Of a DNA stretch of 64,000 nt, positions 1 through 10,231 are shown in pieces (the stretch's first letter is position 1; each line of letters begins with the position of its first letter). The stretch lies in NCBI GenBank assembly GCA_031258545.1, contig JAIRMU010000015.1, positions 12,761 through 76,760 of the forward strand, written 5' to 3'. The notes beneath the pieces are model-generated. The model worked only from the letters and a program-made list of their open reading frames with translations. It made no database searches and had not been told where the DNA came from. The DNA comes from Puniceicoccales bacterium. GTDB lineage: Bacteria; Verrucomicrobiota; Verrucomicrobiia; Opitutales; UBA9783. The position numbers and the translations under genes are program-made.

Positions 1-434
1 TCCGCAGAACGCATCATTGCCCCCAAGTTTCCTGGTTTTTCCAAATGCTCCACCAACAAATATAAGCCGTCATCACAAATTTGAAAACTTTCCAGAGGTG
101 ATTCCCACACCTCTGCAACACCCATAACACCATCTGAATTTTCTCTCACGCTTAATTTTTTAAATAAGCTATCCGCCAACACGAAGCAATTTTCTCGTCC
201 CAGACAATGGCCAAAGTGCTTTTGAATTTTTTCATTTTGCGATGCCAGTGCGCTTTGTTGAAAAATGAATGCACGCACGCAAATGTTAGCCTGCAGGGCA
301 CGACTTAATTCACGCATTCCCTCAATTAAAAATAATCTTTCTCGTTTTCGACCACGCGCATACAATAATTTAAGCCATTGCCTATAGTTAGGGTTTAATT
401 TGCTTGTAATGTGTACGCCACGTATTGATTCCAT
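1..434 (-). CDS. TrmH/SpoU-family RNA 2'-O-methyltransferase, 3' end runs off the window (absent from ORF track)
   Basis: Manual translation from ATG at 434: MESIRGVHITSKLNPNYRQWLKLLYARGRKRERLFLIEGMRELSRAL...LLVEHLEKPGNLGAMMRSA. The ITSxxNP, FLIEG and EKPGNLGAxxRSA motifs are typical of SpoU. Overlaps the prc 3' end by 40 bp. Confidence 0.85.
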   Translation of the reverse strand, partial: MESIRGVHITSKLNPNYRQWLKLLYARGRKRERLFLIEGMRELSRALQANICVRAFIFQQSALASQNEKIQKHFGHCLGRENCFVLADSLFKKLSVRENSDGVMGVAEVWESPLESFQICDDGLYLLVEHLEKPGNLGAMMRSA

Positions 435-2725
435 AAGGCTTCTTTACTGCAATAGGATGGAATTTTCGATAAATGCTTCGAAGTATGCAAAAGGTATAAC
501 CAATCCACCATCATTTGGACGGCCTCGTCTTCATAAATATCAAATCGAGTTAGATCTCTATGGGGAATTTGGACATCCGACAAATAAAAATTTTTATAAT
601 ATTTTTTCCATTTTAACAATTGATCTGCCTGCATATCCAATTCCTTGCGCTTCATTCGGTCCGTGGAAAGTTGATGAATCCGGTCGGTTAAATTTAAAGT
701 AAAACGATTCTGTTCATATTTGCATTTAAAATAGTCGATTTGACGTTGATACCAATCAAATGCAGGTTGCTGCAATTGTCGTTCCAACCGTTGTTGATGT
801 AAATACTGAATCAACCCCGGACGTATCCATTTGCAGACCGGATCATCGATGTTTGCAGGTATGGGCGATATGGAATCCCATTCCAAGGCATTTGGCAAAT
901 CCGATTCTCCCACCGGTAATACGTCGTAAAGTGATGGTAGAAATAAGTCTGCACATACACCTTTCTTTTGGGTAGATCTACCATCCGGCAAATACCATTT
1001 TTGCAGCGTAATTTTTGCGGCACCCAGGATGGATTTTGCGCAAGGGAACAAAGATAATCGGTCCATCTCCACAACCGCTTGAACCGTTCCTTTGCCGTGC
1101 GTCGTTTTGTCTCCAAACACGAGAGCTCTGCGGTAAGTTTGCAACGCGCCGGCAACAATTTCGGATGCGGATGCACTGAAACGTGATGTTAAAATCAGCA
1201 AAGGCCCTTTCCAAACACACGTATGGGGATCGGCAAATTGTTGCGTAATTTTCCCGGTCGTATCCTTGATTTGAACAACCGGACAATGATCCAAAAATAA
1301 TCCCGCCAATTTAACGGCTTCATTCAACAAGCCACCTCCGTTACGTCTTAAATCCAAGATAAGGCCTTCTATATTATAGGTTTCCAGTTGCAATATGAGT
1401 GCTTTTACATCTTCTGAGATGCAGTGGGAATCGTTATTGTCTGAAGTTTCTGGACCATAAAAAGCAGGCAAATCAATGAGCCCCACGGCGCGATAACATC
1501 CTTGAAGATCCGGCAAATAAAATAATTTTGCGGAAGCCAAATTGTTCGTCAGTTTAATTTCCTCTCGCACAAGTTCTATAATTTTACGTTCAGAAGGCTC
1601 CGCATCGAACGGCTGAATCAACAAACGTACTTTTGAATTCCGAGGCCCCCGAATAAGTTTGACGGATTGCCGCAACTTCATGCCTTGAATGTTGACAAAA
1701 TCTTTATTATCCTGGGCCACTGCCAAAATTTTATCTCCCGGATGCAAACGTTTATCTTGTTCGGCAGGCCCTCCCGGTAACAGCTCTTTAATGACGCATA
1801 GCCCATTTTCTTCACTTAAATAGGCACCAATACCCACCAAGGCGTTGTGTAGACTAATGGAAAAATCTTCCATGGAATCCGCCGAAAAAAAAGTGGTGTG
1901 CGGATCATAAAAATGTGCCATCGTATTGAGAAAAATTTCCTGAATATCCACCGTATCGATCTTATCAATGCATGATAATAAATTATTGTATTGATCCGCC
2001 AATTTAGTTTTTGCATCCGCTAAATTTTTTATGCACTGCTCAACACTTAAAATCTCATCTTCCGACTCATTTTTGGCGGATTTAGACAAATCCTCCACAC
2101 CCTCTTCTACCCAAGCATTTTCTTTTAACTGCACCGCCAAAGCCTCATTCAACAACTCATGCTGAAGCCGTTGATGCCACAAAAGGTCCAATTCGATACG
2201 TGTTTTTGCCCACGATGCCTCTTTTCGATTGGCGTCATAAAATAAATTTTTATTGAAATTAAAGTTACCTTGTAATCTTTTATGGATCCAACGAATCCTC
2301 TGTTCAGCGATGGTATAATACCTTGCAAATATATTAAATGCGGGTGTTAAACTTCCTCCACGCAACAGTAATTCCAATGAAAGCGCGTATTGATGTATGA
2401 AATTGTCCTTATCCGTTTGGGTAAAAAACATACGCTGAGGATCCAAAGTCAGTAAAAATTCTTCTATTAACTTATGATAATCAATTTCATTAAGAGGCTT
2501 TTTTAAAAAGTGCAATTCTTCCAAAAAACGTACCAAGAAAATGGTTTCCGTTCGCATAATCGCCGTTTGAACAAATGTTTTTCGAGACTTTTCATCACCA
2601 GCCGCAGGATTACGTGTTTTCTTTGCCTGTACAAACGACTTGCCCCCCAAATAATACACAAGTGCCGTACAAAAAATAACATATTTGAAGGCCGTCAAAA
2701 AAAACAAACGAAATTTTTTATTCAT
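395..2725 (-). CDS. prc: Carboxy-terminal (tail-specific) processing protease, S41A family with PDZ domain
   Basis: N-terminal signal/anchor; PDZ region GIGAYL...GGPAEQ; DLRRNGGGLL; catalytic SASASEIVAGALQ; GKGTVQ. Confidence 0.92.
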   Translation of the reverse strand: MNKKFRLFFLTAFKYVIFCTALVYYLGGKSFVQAKKTRNPAAGDEKSRKTFVQTAIMRTETIFLVRFLEELHFLKKPLNEIDYHKLIEEFLLTLDPQRMFFTQTDKDNFIHQYALSLELLLRGGSLTPAFNIFARYYTIAEQRIRWIHKRLQGNFNFNKNLFYDANRKEASWAKTRIELDLLWHQRLQHELLNEALAVQLKENAWVEEGVEDLSKSAKNESEDEILSVEQCIKNLADAKTKLADQYNNLLSCIDKIDTVDIQEIFLNTMAHFYDPHTTFFSADSMEDFSISLHNALVGIGAYLSEENGLCVIKELLPGGPAEQDKRLHPGDKILAVAQDNKDFVNIQGMKLRQSVKLIRGPRNSKVRLLIQPFDAEPSERKIIELVREEIKLTNNLASAKLFYLPDLQGCYRAVGLIDLPAFYGPETSDNNDSHCISEDVKALILQLETYNIEGLILDLRRNGGGLLNEAVKLAGLFLDHCPVVQIKDTTGKITQQFADPHTCVWKGPLLILTSRFSASASEIVAGALQTYRRALVFGDKTTHGKGTVQAVVEMDRLSLFPCAKSILGAAKITLQKWYLPDGRSTQKKGVCADLFLPSLYDVLPVGESDLPNALEWDSISPIPANIDDPVCKWIRPGLIQYLHQQRLERQLQQPAFDWYQRQIDYFKCKYEQNRFTLNLTDRIHQLSTDRMKRKELDMQADQLLKWKKYYKNFYLSDVQIPHRDLTRFDIYEDEAVQMMVDWLYLLHTSKHLSKIPSYCSKEALWNQYVAYTLQAN

Positions 2726-2734
2726 GCTATAAGA

Positions 2735-3562
2735 TTAAAATTTTCTACACTGCTCAAGCCACTTCTTTTCTTCCACAGAAAGTGACCCCATCCCTTCTTC
2801 GTGTAATTTCCGTAAAATATCAAAGGGAATAAGCTGAACACGATTACTTTCCGTTGCATCGTCTTCTATGTGCACCTGATAATTTGTTTTAAATGGAATT
2901 TTTTGCTTCTTTTTTTCACGGTAAAATTCGAAATGCCGCTGCACTAGGCAGTACGTAAAACCGCACAGCATGCCCCCTAAATGCGCAGAATTTGCAACGG
3001 AAGAATTATTTTGGAGTTCATACAATACACCGTTGATCACTTCGTACCACCAAGTAAAGTAGATAAGCCATTTGGCTTTTATCTGTACCGGAAAGACAAA
3101 AAAAACAAGCAACGACAGGGATTTCTCGGGATACATGTGACAAAAATAAGTCAACAGGGCCATGATACCCGCCGAAGCTCCCATTAAACAATGCGCACCA
3201 TGTGCATGTGCGGACAACCAACACAAACCACCTCCCACGATGCCACAAAAGTATAAAATTAATAGGGATTTCAAGGTTAGTTCATAAATTAACAAAAAAC
3301 GACTTAGGAAATAAAGCATCAAGCCGTTGAACAAAAAATGGAAAAAATCTGCATGTAAAAAAGAATAAGAGAACAGCATCCAAAATTTACCTTTCACCAG
3401 GCCTGGAAAAGAAAGGGAAAATTGATTTTCAATCCAATGGCTATTGAACCAAATATTAAGGATTTGCATGCAAACAAACACCCCACCGTAAATGCCTATT
3501 AATTTTTTTATAAAGGCATCTCGAGGCTGGTAATTAACAGCACGAAAAAACGAATGTTGCAT
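2735..3562 (-). CDS. Rhomboid-family intramembrane serine protease
   Basis: Multiple TM segments; HADFFHFLFN, catalytic GASAG and AHLGG motifs. Confidence 0.9.
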   Translation of the reverse strand: MQHSFFRAVNYQPRDAFIKKLIGIYGGVFVCMQILNIWFNSHWIENQFSLSFPGLVKGKFWMLFSYSFLHADFFHFLFNGLMLYFLSRFLLIYELTLKSLLILYFCGIVGGGLCWLSAHAHGAHCLMGASAGIMALLTYFCHMYPEKSLSLLVFFVFPVQIKAKWLIYFTWWYEVINGVLYELQNNSSVANSAHLGGMLCGFTYCLVQRHFEFYREKKKQKIPFKTNYQVHIEDDATESNRVQLIPFDILRKLHEEGMGSLSVEEKKWLEQCRKF

Positions 3563-3726
3563 GGGATATGTTTATATTTTTCTTATCCCAACGGCAAGCT
3601 TTAACCATTTTTTTTATAAATACATAAATTTTAAGTTTTAAAACCATGCGCAAATAGTTTTTCACATTTTTGTGTTGAAGAAATTCTTTTATATTTTACA
3701 TTTACTCGCACGATTTATAGAAATTT

Positions 3727-3900
3727 ATGCCAAGAGAACACGTTATTATTGAATGTACCGAAGCACGTAAGGAAGGAAAACCTGTTTCTCGTTATATGAC
3801 AACGCGCAATAAAAAGCTTCAGGTTAAAAAAGTAGAAAAAATGAAATACAACAGGTTTTTAAGACGCCATACCTTACATCGGGAAATAAAAGATAAATAG
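3727..3900 (+). CDS. rpmG: 50S ribosomal protein L33 (57 aa, absent from ORF track; lacks the paired CxxC zinc motifs)
   Basis: Manual translation [57 protein letters not shown]; the [15 protein letters not shown] signature is present. Confidence 0.95.
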   Translation: MPREHVIIECTEARKEGKPVSRYMTTRNKKLQVKKVEKMKYNRFLRRHTLHREIKDK

Positions 3901-3919
3901 GCCTCTCCTAAGGCTTTTT
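3901..3919 (+). terminator. Possible weak intrinsic terminator after rpmG
   Basis: GCCT-CTCCTA-AGGC hairpin followed by T5, immediately after the stop codon. The stem is short. Confidence 0.3.
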
Positions 3920-4039
3920 GAGCCTTTTCACTTTAGTGGGTAACAATGGTTACAAGGTGGAGAGGTTGATTCCACAAAAAAGTAAACATTCTTTTCACTT
4001 GAAAATCCCCTTAGACTTTTTAGGGTGTAGGATAGTTGT

Positions 4040-4831
4040 ATGCCGGAAACAAATGTTAAAATTTGTGCAAGTCACGTCGGTAAAGCTTTTAGGAGAGATC
4101 ATCGTTTCATTAAAGTATTGGATGATATCTCTTTTTCCATACAAACGGGAGAATTTGTTGCGATTTTAGGACCCAGTGGATGCGGAAAATCTACGTTATT
4201 AAATATGGTAGCCGGTCTTGAGCCTTGCGAAGAGGGGCATATTATCGTTAATGAGTATCATACCGATCAACCTGAACGACATCGCATGATGATGTTTCAG
4301 GAAGCAGCCTTGTTTCCTTGGTATAATGTGCTCGGCAACGTTGTTTACGGTTTACGATTCAAGAAAGGGCTAACAAATGCCGAACGTAAGACAATTGCAT
4401 TGTACTATCTCCGCATGGTTGGGCTTGATCACTTTGAACGAGCGTACGTCCACGAACTTTCCGGAGGGATGAAGCAACGCGTTGCGTTGGCAAGGGCCTT
4501 GGCTCCAAATCCACAAATACTTCTCATGGACGAACCTTTCAGCGCACTTGATGCACTCACCTGCGAGCAGCTCTACAAAGATGTCCAAAAAATTTGGAAC
4601 ATGCAACACAAAACCGTGCTGCTCGTAACGCATAACGTACGCGAAGCAGTCGTGTTGACGCAACGCGTTATTGTGCTTTCCCAACGTCCAGGGAAAATTT
4701 TAAAAGATCTTCCCATTCAATTGCCTTATCCAAGATCTGTACACGATGTGTCGGTATCTGCACTTGCCAACGAGCTCATCAACGTATTGCACGAAAAAGA
4801 TGATGTTTATAATTACGCTTCTTGCACATGA
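4040..4831 (+). CDS. ABC transporter ATP-binding protein, NitT/TauT (TauB/SsuB-like) family
   Basis: Walker A GPSGCGKST, signature LSGGMKQRVALARALA, Walker B LLMDEPFSALD, H-loop VTHN. Confidence 0.92.
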   Translation: MPETNVKICASHVGKAFRRDHRFIKVLDDISFSIQTGEFVAILGPSGCGKSTLLNMVAGLEPCEEGHIIVNEYHTDQPERHRMMMFQEAALFPWYNVLGNVVYGLRFKKGLTNAERKTIALYYLRMVGLDHFERAYVHELSGGMKQRVALARALAPNPQILLMDEPFSALDALTCEQLYKDVQKIWNMQHKTVLLVTHNVREAVVLTQRVIVLSQRPGKILKDLPIQLPYPRSVHDVSVSALANELINVLHEKDDVYNYASCT

Positions 4832-5637
4832 AATGTCGATTGCTATTGCTGAATTTGAATGTCGTAAAATCTTTACTTAAAAAAATAGCTTACGTACTTG
4901 CCATCTTGTTTACATGGCAATGTGCATATATTTTAGGGGGATGTTCGGATTTAATTTTCCCCACACCTGTCCAAGTTGCCCGTTTTTTGTGGCACGCTTG
5001 CGCCGATGGAACGCTGATAAGTGCCATTTGGATGACGATCAAGCGTCTTATTTTAGGGTATAGTGTAAGCGTGTTAATAGGGATTCCCGTGGGTATGCTA
5101 TGCAGTCGATTTTATATTTTAAATGCCTTTGTGGGAAAACTTGTTTTAGGTCTCCAAACACTGCCCAGTATTTGCTGGGTACCGCTAACCCTGCTTTGGT
5201 TTGGCCAAACAGACCGCGCCATTCTATTTGTTGTTACCATGGGATCCCTATGGTCCTTGATCGCATCTACGGAATCGAGTGTGCGTCAAATTCCAAGTTT
5301 GTATATAAAGGCAGCACGTACTATGGGATCCCGAGGGATTGATTTGTGGGTAACGGTTATTTTTCCAGCCGCCTTACCCTTCATTATTACGGGTATGAAA
5401 CAGAGTTGGGCGTTCGCCTGGCGGTCTCTCATGTCGGCAGAAATTTACGTGAGCACGATCCATGGACTCAGTGTTGGGCAGCTCCTCCATTACGGAAGAG
5501 AAATGCAAGCCATGGATCAGGTCGTAGGTATTATTTTTGTTATCATTGCCATAGGCTTCATCGCCGAAAAAGTCATCTTTGCCAATCTGGAAAGAACTTT
5601 ACACAAACGATGGGGCTTTGTTAAATCCGCCAGCTAA
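4822..5637 (+). CDS. ABC transporter permease, NitT/TauT (TauC/SsuC-like) family
   Basis: Hydrophobic; LQTLPSICWVPL, EAA-loop KAARTMG, PAALPFIITG; overlaps the ATPase gene. Confidence 0.9.
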   Translation: MHMKCRLLLLNLNVVKSLLKKIAYVLAILFTWQCAYILGGCSDLIFPTPVQVARFLWHACADGTLISAIWMTIKRLILGYSVSVLIGIPVGMLCSRFYILNAFVGKLVLGLQTLPSICWVPLTLLWFGQTDRAILFVVTMGSLWSLIASTESSVRQIPSLYIKAARTMGSRGIDLWVTVIFPAALPFIITGMKQSWAFAWRSLMSAEIYVSTIHGLSVGQLLHYGREMQAMDQVVGIIFVIIAIGFIAEKVIFANLERTLHKRWGFVKSAS

Positions 5638-5711
5638 ATTTCATCCGTTGAACGGTAATCACAGGTGAGGTTAACCTTAAAAAACAATGGATCCTTACAA
5701 GTGTCTTTCCG

Positions 5712-6260
5712 TTACGCGTCCAGTGTAAAAAAGCTGTCCAACATTTGGTCGTACTGAACACCTAAAATGTTCTTTACACTTGTCTTAAGCGAGATATTGG
5801 CATCTTCTATTTCAGTCAAGTCATCATCGGTTAAAAAACTTATAAGATACAAAGTTAGACCTAACATGTTTGGCATTTCATGCAAATTGTTCAACTTGAA
5901 AATTTCTTTTACTTTTCCAGGCAAACTTACTGTTTCATCGTGAGTGAATATTTTCAAAGGCATGGAAGTTTTAAAAAAATCAGCTCGAACTGCGTTAATT
6001 TTACGCGAAAATTCGAACCAGTACGTCGAATCACCTTCCTGAACAAGAATATCTCTTATTTTCCTAAACATACCTCTATCGGCACTTCCATCCCAAATAG
6101 ATCTCAGTAGGTTGTAATAACCCCCCTGCGGTATGGCATATACAACGTTATGGTAGTGATTGTCGGACACATAACTACCCGAAAAATTAGGGTAGGCTTT
6201 TAAAAAACTTGTGACACTTACAAACGAACTTAAAATGAATGATTTATAAAAGTTTTTCAT
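5712..6260 (-). CDS. Hypothetical protein with probable signal peptide
   Basis: 182-aa ORF filling the gap between co-oriented neighbours; N-terminus MKNFYKSFILSSFVSVTSFLKA resembles a Sec signal; no family recognised. Confidence 0.6.
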   Translation of the reverse strand: MKNFYKSFILSSFVSVTSFLKAYPNFSGSYVSDNHYHNVVYAIPQGGYYNLLRSIWDGSADRGMFRKIRDILVQEGDSTYWFEFSRKINAVRADFFKTSMPLKIFTHDETVSLPGKVKEIFKLNNLHEMPNMLGLTLYLISFLTDDDLTEIEDANISLKTSVKNILGVQYDQMLDSFFTLDA

Positions 6261-6410
6261 CGTACTAATGTATAACGTCTCTTTTTACGCCAGCTTTAGG
6301 AAAATTTTAATGGCCACTTAAAAATAAGTTTCAAAAATCATTTATTTTTTAAAATTGACTTGACTCAGTGAAAATTATGCACAGTTTTACTTTTTTCAAA
6401 AAATTGTTGC

Positions 6411-8033
6411 ATGTTTATAATCAGACAGGCCAAATGTGAGGGACTTTTAGGGTTAAAAGCCATTAGGGAAAACATAATTCCAGGGTGCATTGTAGGTGTT
6501 GTGGCATTGCCTTTGGCGATGGCTTTTGCAATCGCTTCCGGAGTACATCCTGAAAATGGATTGTATACGGCCATCGTGGCAGGTTTGTGCGTATCCATTT
6601 TTGGAGGAAGTCGCGTACAGATTGCCGGACCTACGGGAGCATTTATCGTGATTTTGGCCTCCATCACGCAACGCTACGGGATAGAAGGTTTGCAAATTGC
6701 AACACTGATGGCTGGAATTATTCTCATTTTGATGGGATTAATCCACTTTGGCTCCATTATAAAATACATCCCAGAGCCCGTAATTGTTGGATTTACTTCG
6801 GGCATAGGGGTTGTTATTTGGGTTGGACAATGGAAAGATTTCTTTGGCCTCGACGTACATTTTTACGATTTGCATTTTCACAACAAACTCATTGCCATCA
6901 TACAATCTTTTCCAACGCTGGATATGGCAACAACGTACATGGCCCTGCTAAGCTTAGGGATACTTATCATCTCAAAAAAGTACCTACAACGCCTCCCGGG
7001 GGCATTGGTTGCCCTCATAACGGCCACCATCATTCAATGGATTTTTAATTTCGACTCCATTGCAACCATTGGGTCCGCCTTTGGAGGTATCCCCCAAAAG
7101 TTTCCGGCATTTCACCTCCCCATGTGTACTTTCCCGCGATTATTAGAACTCGTAGGTCCCGCATTCACTATTGCTTTATTGGGTGCCATTGAATCTTTGC
7201 TATCGGCTGTTGTGGCAGACGGTATGACGGGGAATCGCCACGCTTCCAACCAGGAACTCATTGGCCAAGGTATTGCCAACATTTTGACTCCCCTATGGGG
7301 CGGCTTTGCCGCCACAGGGGCCATTGCCCGTACGGCAACCAATATTCGAAGTGGCGGATATTCTCCCGTGGCAGGGATCGTACATTCCATAACCCTTATT
7401 TTACTCATCGTCTTCTTGGCACCTCTGGCCAACAAAATTCCACTCGCCACCTTGTCGGCTATTCTATTTGTGGTTGCCTATAATATGAGCGATATACCAC
7501 GCTTCTCGCATCTCCTTTTGAGAGCCCCAAAGTCGGATAGCACGGTATTACTGATTACTTTTCTTCTAACCGTGTTTGGCGATTTAGTTATAGCCGTCAA
7601 CGTTGGAGCCCTATTGGCCACTTTATTTTTTATGCGCCGCATGGCCAAAAGTGTCCAAATTGAACTCAACAATGAACAAATATTAAAACATGAAAACATT
7701 GCTGGTGAAATACCCGATGGTATCATCGTATATTCCATCGAAGGACCATTTTTCTTTGGCGTTATTGAAACATTTCAAAATGCACTGACAAAGGTAAACG
7801 ACAAAGTACACACGGTCGTTTTGCGTCTAAAGCGTGTTTCATTCATTGATGCCACTGGATTGGATTCGTTGCACACGGTTACCTGTTCCTTGCAAAAAAA
7901 GTCGGTAAAAATAATCTTTTGCGAAGCCAACGCGTGCGTGTATGCGCGCATGCGCAAAGCCCGATTGCAAGATTCTTCGTTGATGGACAACTTTGATCGT
8001 ACGCTGTTGGAAGCTTTACAGGGTATACACTAG
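6411..8033 (+). CDS. SulP/SLC26-family anion transporter with C-terminal STAS domain
   Basis: VGVVALPLAMAFAIASG, GLYTAIVAG, GGSRVQIAGPTGAF, NQELIGQGIAN; STAS region IEGPFFFG...FIDATG. Confidence 0.93.
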   Translation: MFIIRQAKCEGLLGLKAIRENIIPGCIVGVVALPLAMAFAIASGVHPENGLYTAIVAGLCVSIFGGSRVQIAGPTGAFIVILASITQRYGIEGLQIATLMAGIILILMGLIHFGSIIKYIPEPVIVGFTSGIGVVIWVGQWKDFFGLDVHFYDLHFHNKLIAIIQSFPTLDMATTYMALLSLGILIISKKYLQRLPGALVALITATIIQWIFNFDSIATIGSAFGGIPQKFPAFHLPMCTFPRLLELVGPAFTIALLGAIESLLSAVVADGMTGNRHASNQELIGQGIANILTPLWGGFAATGAIARTATNIRSGGYSPVAGIVHSITLILLIVFLAPLANKIPLATLSAILFVVAYNMSDIPRFSHLLLRAPKSDSTVLLITFLLTVFGDLVIAVNVGALLATLFFMRRMAKSVQIELNNEQILKHENIAGEIPDGIIVYSIEGPFFFGVIETFQNALTKVNDKVHTVVLRLKRVSFIDATGLDSLHTVTCSLQKKSVKIIFCEANACVYARMRKARLQDSSLMDNFDRTLLEALQGIH

Positions 8034-8050
8034 GTGAGGCGATGAATGGG

Positions 8051-8866
8051 CTAACGTTGTAAAAACGCAGACAGCCTTTTCCTCAATTTTGCAATCACTT
8101 CAGAATGAATTTGGCAGATGCGTGATTCGCTTAATTGGAAAACCTTTGCAATTTCCGATAAGCGTAAGTTTTCGACGTAATAAAGACTCAACAATTGTTG
8201 CGAAAATCTTGGCAATTCTTCTAAACATTTTCTTAATATTTGCCACATTTCTTTTTTCTCAAAAATTTCTCGACCATTATCTTGGCTTACATCGGCCAGG
8301 ACTTCTTGTAGAGGGTAATTGTCATCTTCATCACCACCGTGAACAATGTCTAGTGGAACATACACGATGGGTTTAGCATATTGCTTAATACGTTCACCAT
8401 AAGTTCTATCTACGTGTAAATAATTGCAAATTTCTTCGTTCGACAAAGGTCGTCCAAATTTTTGCTCCAATTGTACAACTTTATATTGAAAATTTTTTAC
8501 TTTTAACCTTAACCCTCTCGGCAACCAATCCAACCGTCTCAATTCGTCCAACAATGCCCCTTTAATACGAATAGAAGCATAAGAACCAAAAGAACATCTT
8601 GCTTCCCTTTTAAAGGTTTGCGTAGCAGAAATTAATCCCAATAATCCGACGGTATATATATTTTCTCTATCCATTGTTGTCGAACAATGGAGCAACACCT
8701 TTCCAACCATTGATTTCAATAAAGGCAAATAGCTCATTACAAGGCCCCAATCGGGTTCCATTAATCCCATTTGTGTGTAAACTTTTTGCAGCGGTTTACG
8801 CTTTTGAGGATCTTTATATAAAACATTCATTGACTTTTTATTACCTTCTTCAAATTTTTTGAACAT
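8051..8866 (-). CDS. RNA polymerase sigma factor, FliA/WhiG (sigma-28) family
   Basis: FGSYASIRIKGALLDELRRLDWLPRGLR (region 2) and LSLYYVENLRLSEIAKVFQLSESRICQIHS (region 4) match FliA-type sigma factors. Confidence 0.9.
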   Translation of the reverse strand: MFKKFEEGNKKSMNVLYKDPQKRKPLQKVYTQMGLMEPDWGLVMSYLPLLKSMVGKVLLHCSTTMDRENIYTVGLLGLISATQTFKREARCSFGSYASIRIKGALLDELRRLDWLPRGLRLKVKNFQYKVVQLEQKFGRPLSNEEICNYLHVDRTYGERIKQYAKPIVYVPLDIVHGGDEDDNYPLQEVLADVSQDNGREIFEKKEMWQILRKCLEELPRFSQQLLSLYYVENLRLSEIAKVFQLSESRICQIHSEVIAKLRKRLSAFLQR

Positions 8867-9120
8867 CGGTCGCCATGCTTTTAAGATTTTGAATTACGCA
8901 TAAAACCAATTGCATATAAAGCAATTCCCATGCCTACTTTCCCGAGCACAAATTTCAACCGTCGAGGCAATCAATCAATTGTACGGATCAATGTAATCTG
9001 TAACTTGTGCTTTGAATTTAAACGGTGCTTTTTAATTATGGCCAAAGACGATCAATTTTGGGTATCCTGAAAATGAATCCATGGACTAAATTGTACAATC
9101 AACCATGGGGATCAATAATT

Positions 9121-10107
9121 TTAATTGTTTACGTTAAAAATATGGTTTTTAATTCTATCACGTACAGAAAACCTAACAAAACGTTCTATGGGTTGCATGA
9201 AGGACTTATAAACAAATTTTACAACTTTTGAAAAGCGTGCCGTTTCACAAGGTATATTTGCCCATGGCGTAAGCTGAGCATAAACGTAATACAAATGTAG
9301 TAATTGAAATGCATAGGTCCTCTTTAGCAATTTGACAACGAATAATGGAAAATCCCAAGGTTTATGCACGGTAAAATGAATGCAAACGGGTTTTCCCAAT
9401 CTTGCGGTTTTCTTTGCCAACGGAGAAAAAGGTGTAAAATTATATTTAGGCGCCAGTTCAAAAATATTTGACCGATCAACGATAAGGTTAAGGATATCCT
9501 GCTCTGGACAAGAAAGTTGCATATTGGGATTTTTATGTAAAAAATCCAAAACTTGGTACAATACACGTTCATTCCGCATAACAGCTAAATTCATCAACAT
9601 GACACCGGAATTAAAATAACGTTTACTTTCCTCTAATCCTAAATTTGTTTTAAATTTTCTCAATTGAACGTGTTGTATAAAATTATCATCCATGTACACG
9701 GCTCCAAGCCAATGATTTTCTAACGGTTGGTCCCACAATTCTCCCAAATCGCCTTCAACAATGATATCGCTGTCTAGGTAGATGACTTTTTCTTGATCAC
9801 ATAATACTTCTGGAATACATACGCGATAAAAGATTGCGGGAGAAAAGTGCGCAGGTAATGGAAATGCCTCGAAACAACGTTGTTTGGGTGGTTTTACTAC
9901 GTGCAAAGCATGTTGCCCTTTTTGTAAAACATCCATTGATTGAATTCTATCGAGATTAGGACCCGATATGCCGCAATCGAAAATATAAAAACTAAACTTT
10001 CGTTGTGAATTTGCGACAATGGAAGCTATTGTAGCCGATGCATGTCGTACGTAATTATCATCACACGTCAAAACAACGGTTATATCTTCGCAACGTACCA
10101 TATGCAA
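9121..10107 (-). CDS. Glycosyltransferase family 8 (LPS/LOS-type)
   Basis: CDDNY N-terminus, YRVCIPE, YLDSDIIV (DxD), YFNSGVMLMNL, QDILN, HFTVHKPW. Confidence 0.9.
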   Translation of the reverse strand: MHMVRCEDITVVLTCDDNYVRHASATIASIVANSQRKFSFYIFDCGISGPNLDRIQSMDVLQKGQHALHVVKPPKQRCFEAFPLPAHFSPAIFYRVCIPEVLCDQEKVIYLDSDIIVEGDLGELWDQPLENHWLGAVYMDDNFIQHVQLRKFKTNLGLEESKRYFNSGVMLMNLAVMRNERVLYQVLDFLHKNPNMQLSCPEQDILNLIVDRSNIFELAPKYNFTPFSPLAKKTARLGKPVCIHFTVHKPWDFPLFVVKLLKRTYAFQLLHLYYVYAQLTPWANIPCETARFSKVVKFVYKSFMQPIERFVRFSVRDRIKNHIFNVNN

Positions 10108-10231
10108 TCAGTTAATTTGAAGCTGCCACACATTACAACAAAAAAGCTTTGCGGTTTCCGGGCAAAAACTTTTTCTTTAAAAGTGAAATTCATTTTTACT
10201 ATAATTACAATTTTAATTCGTTTCTTTTACC

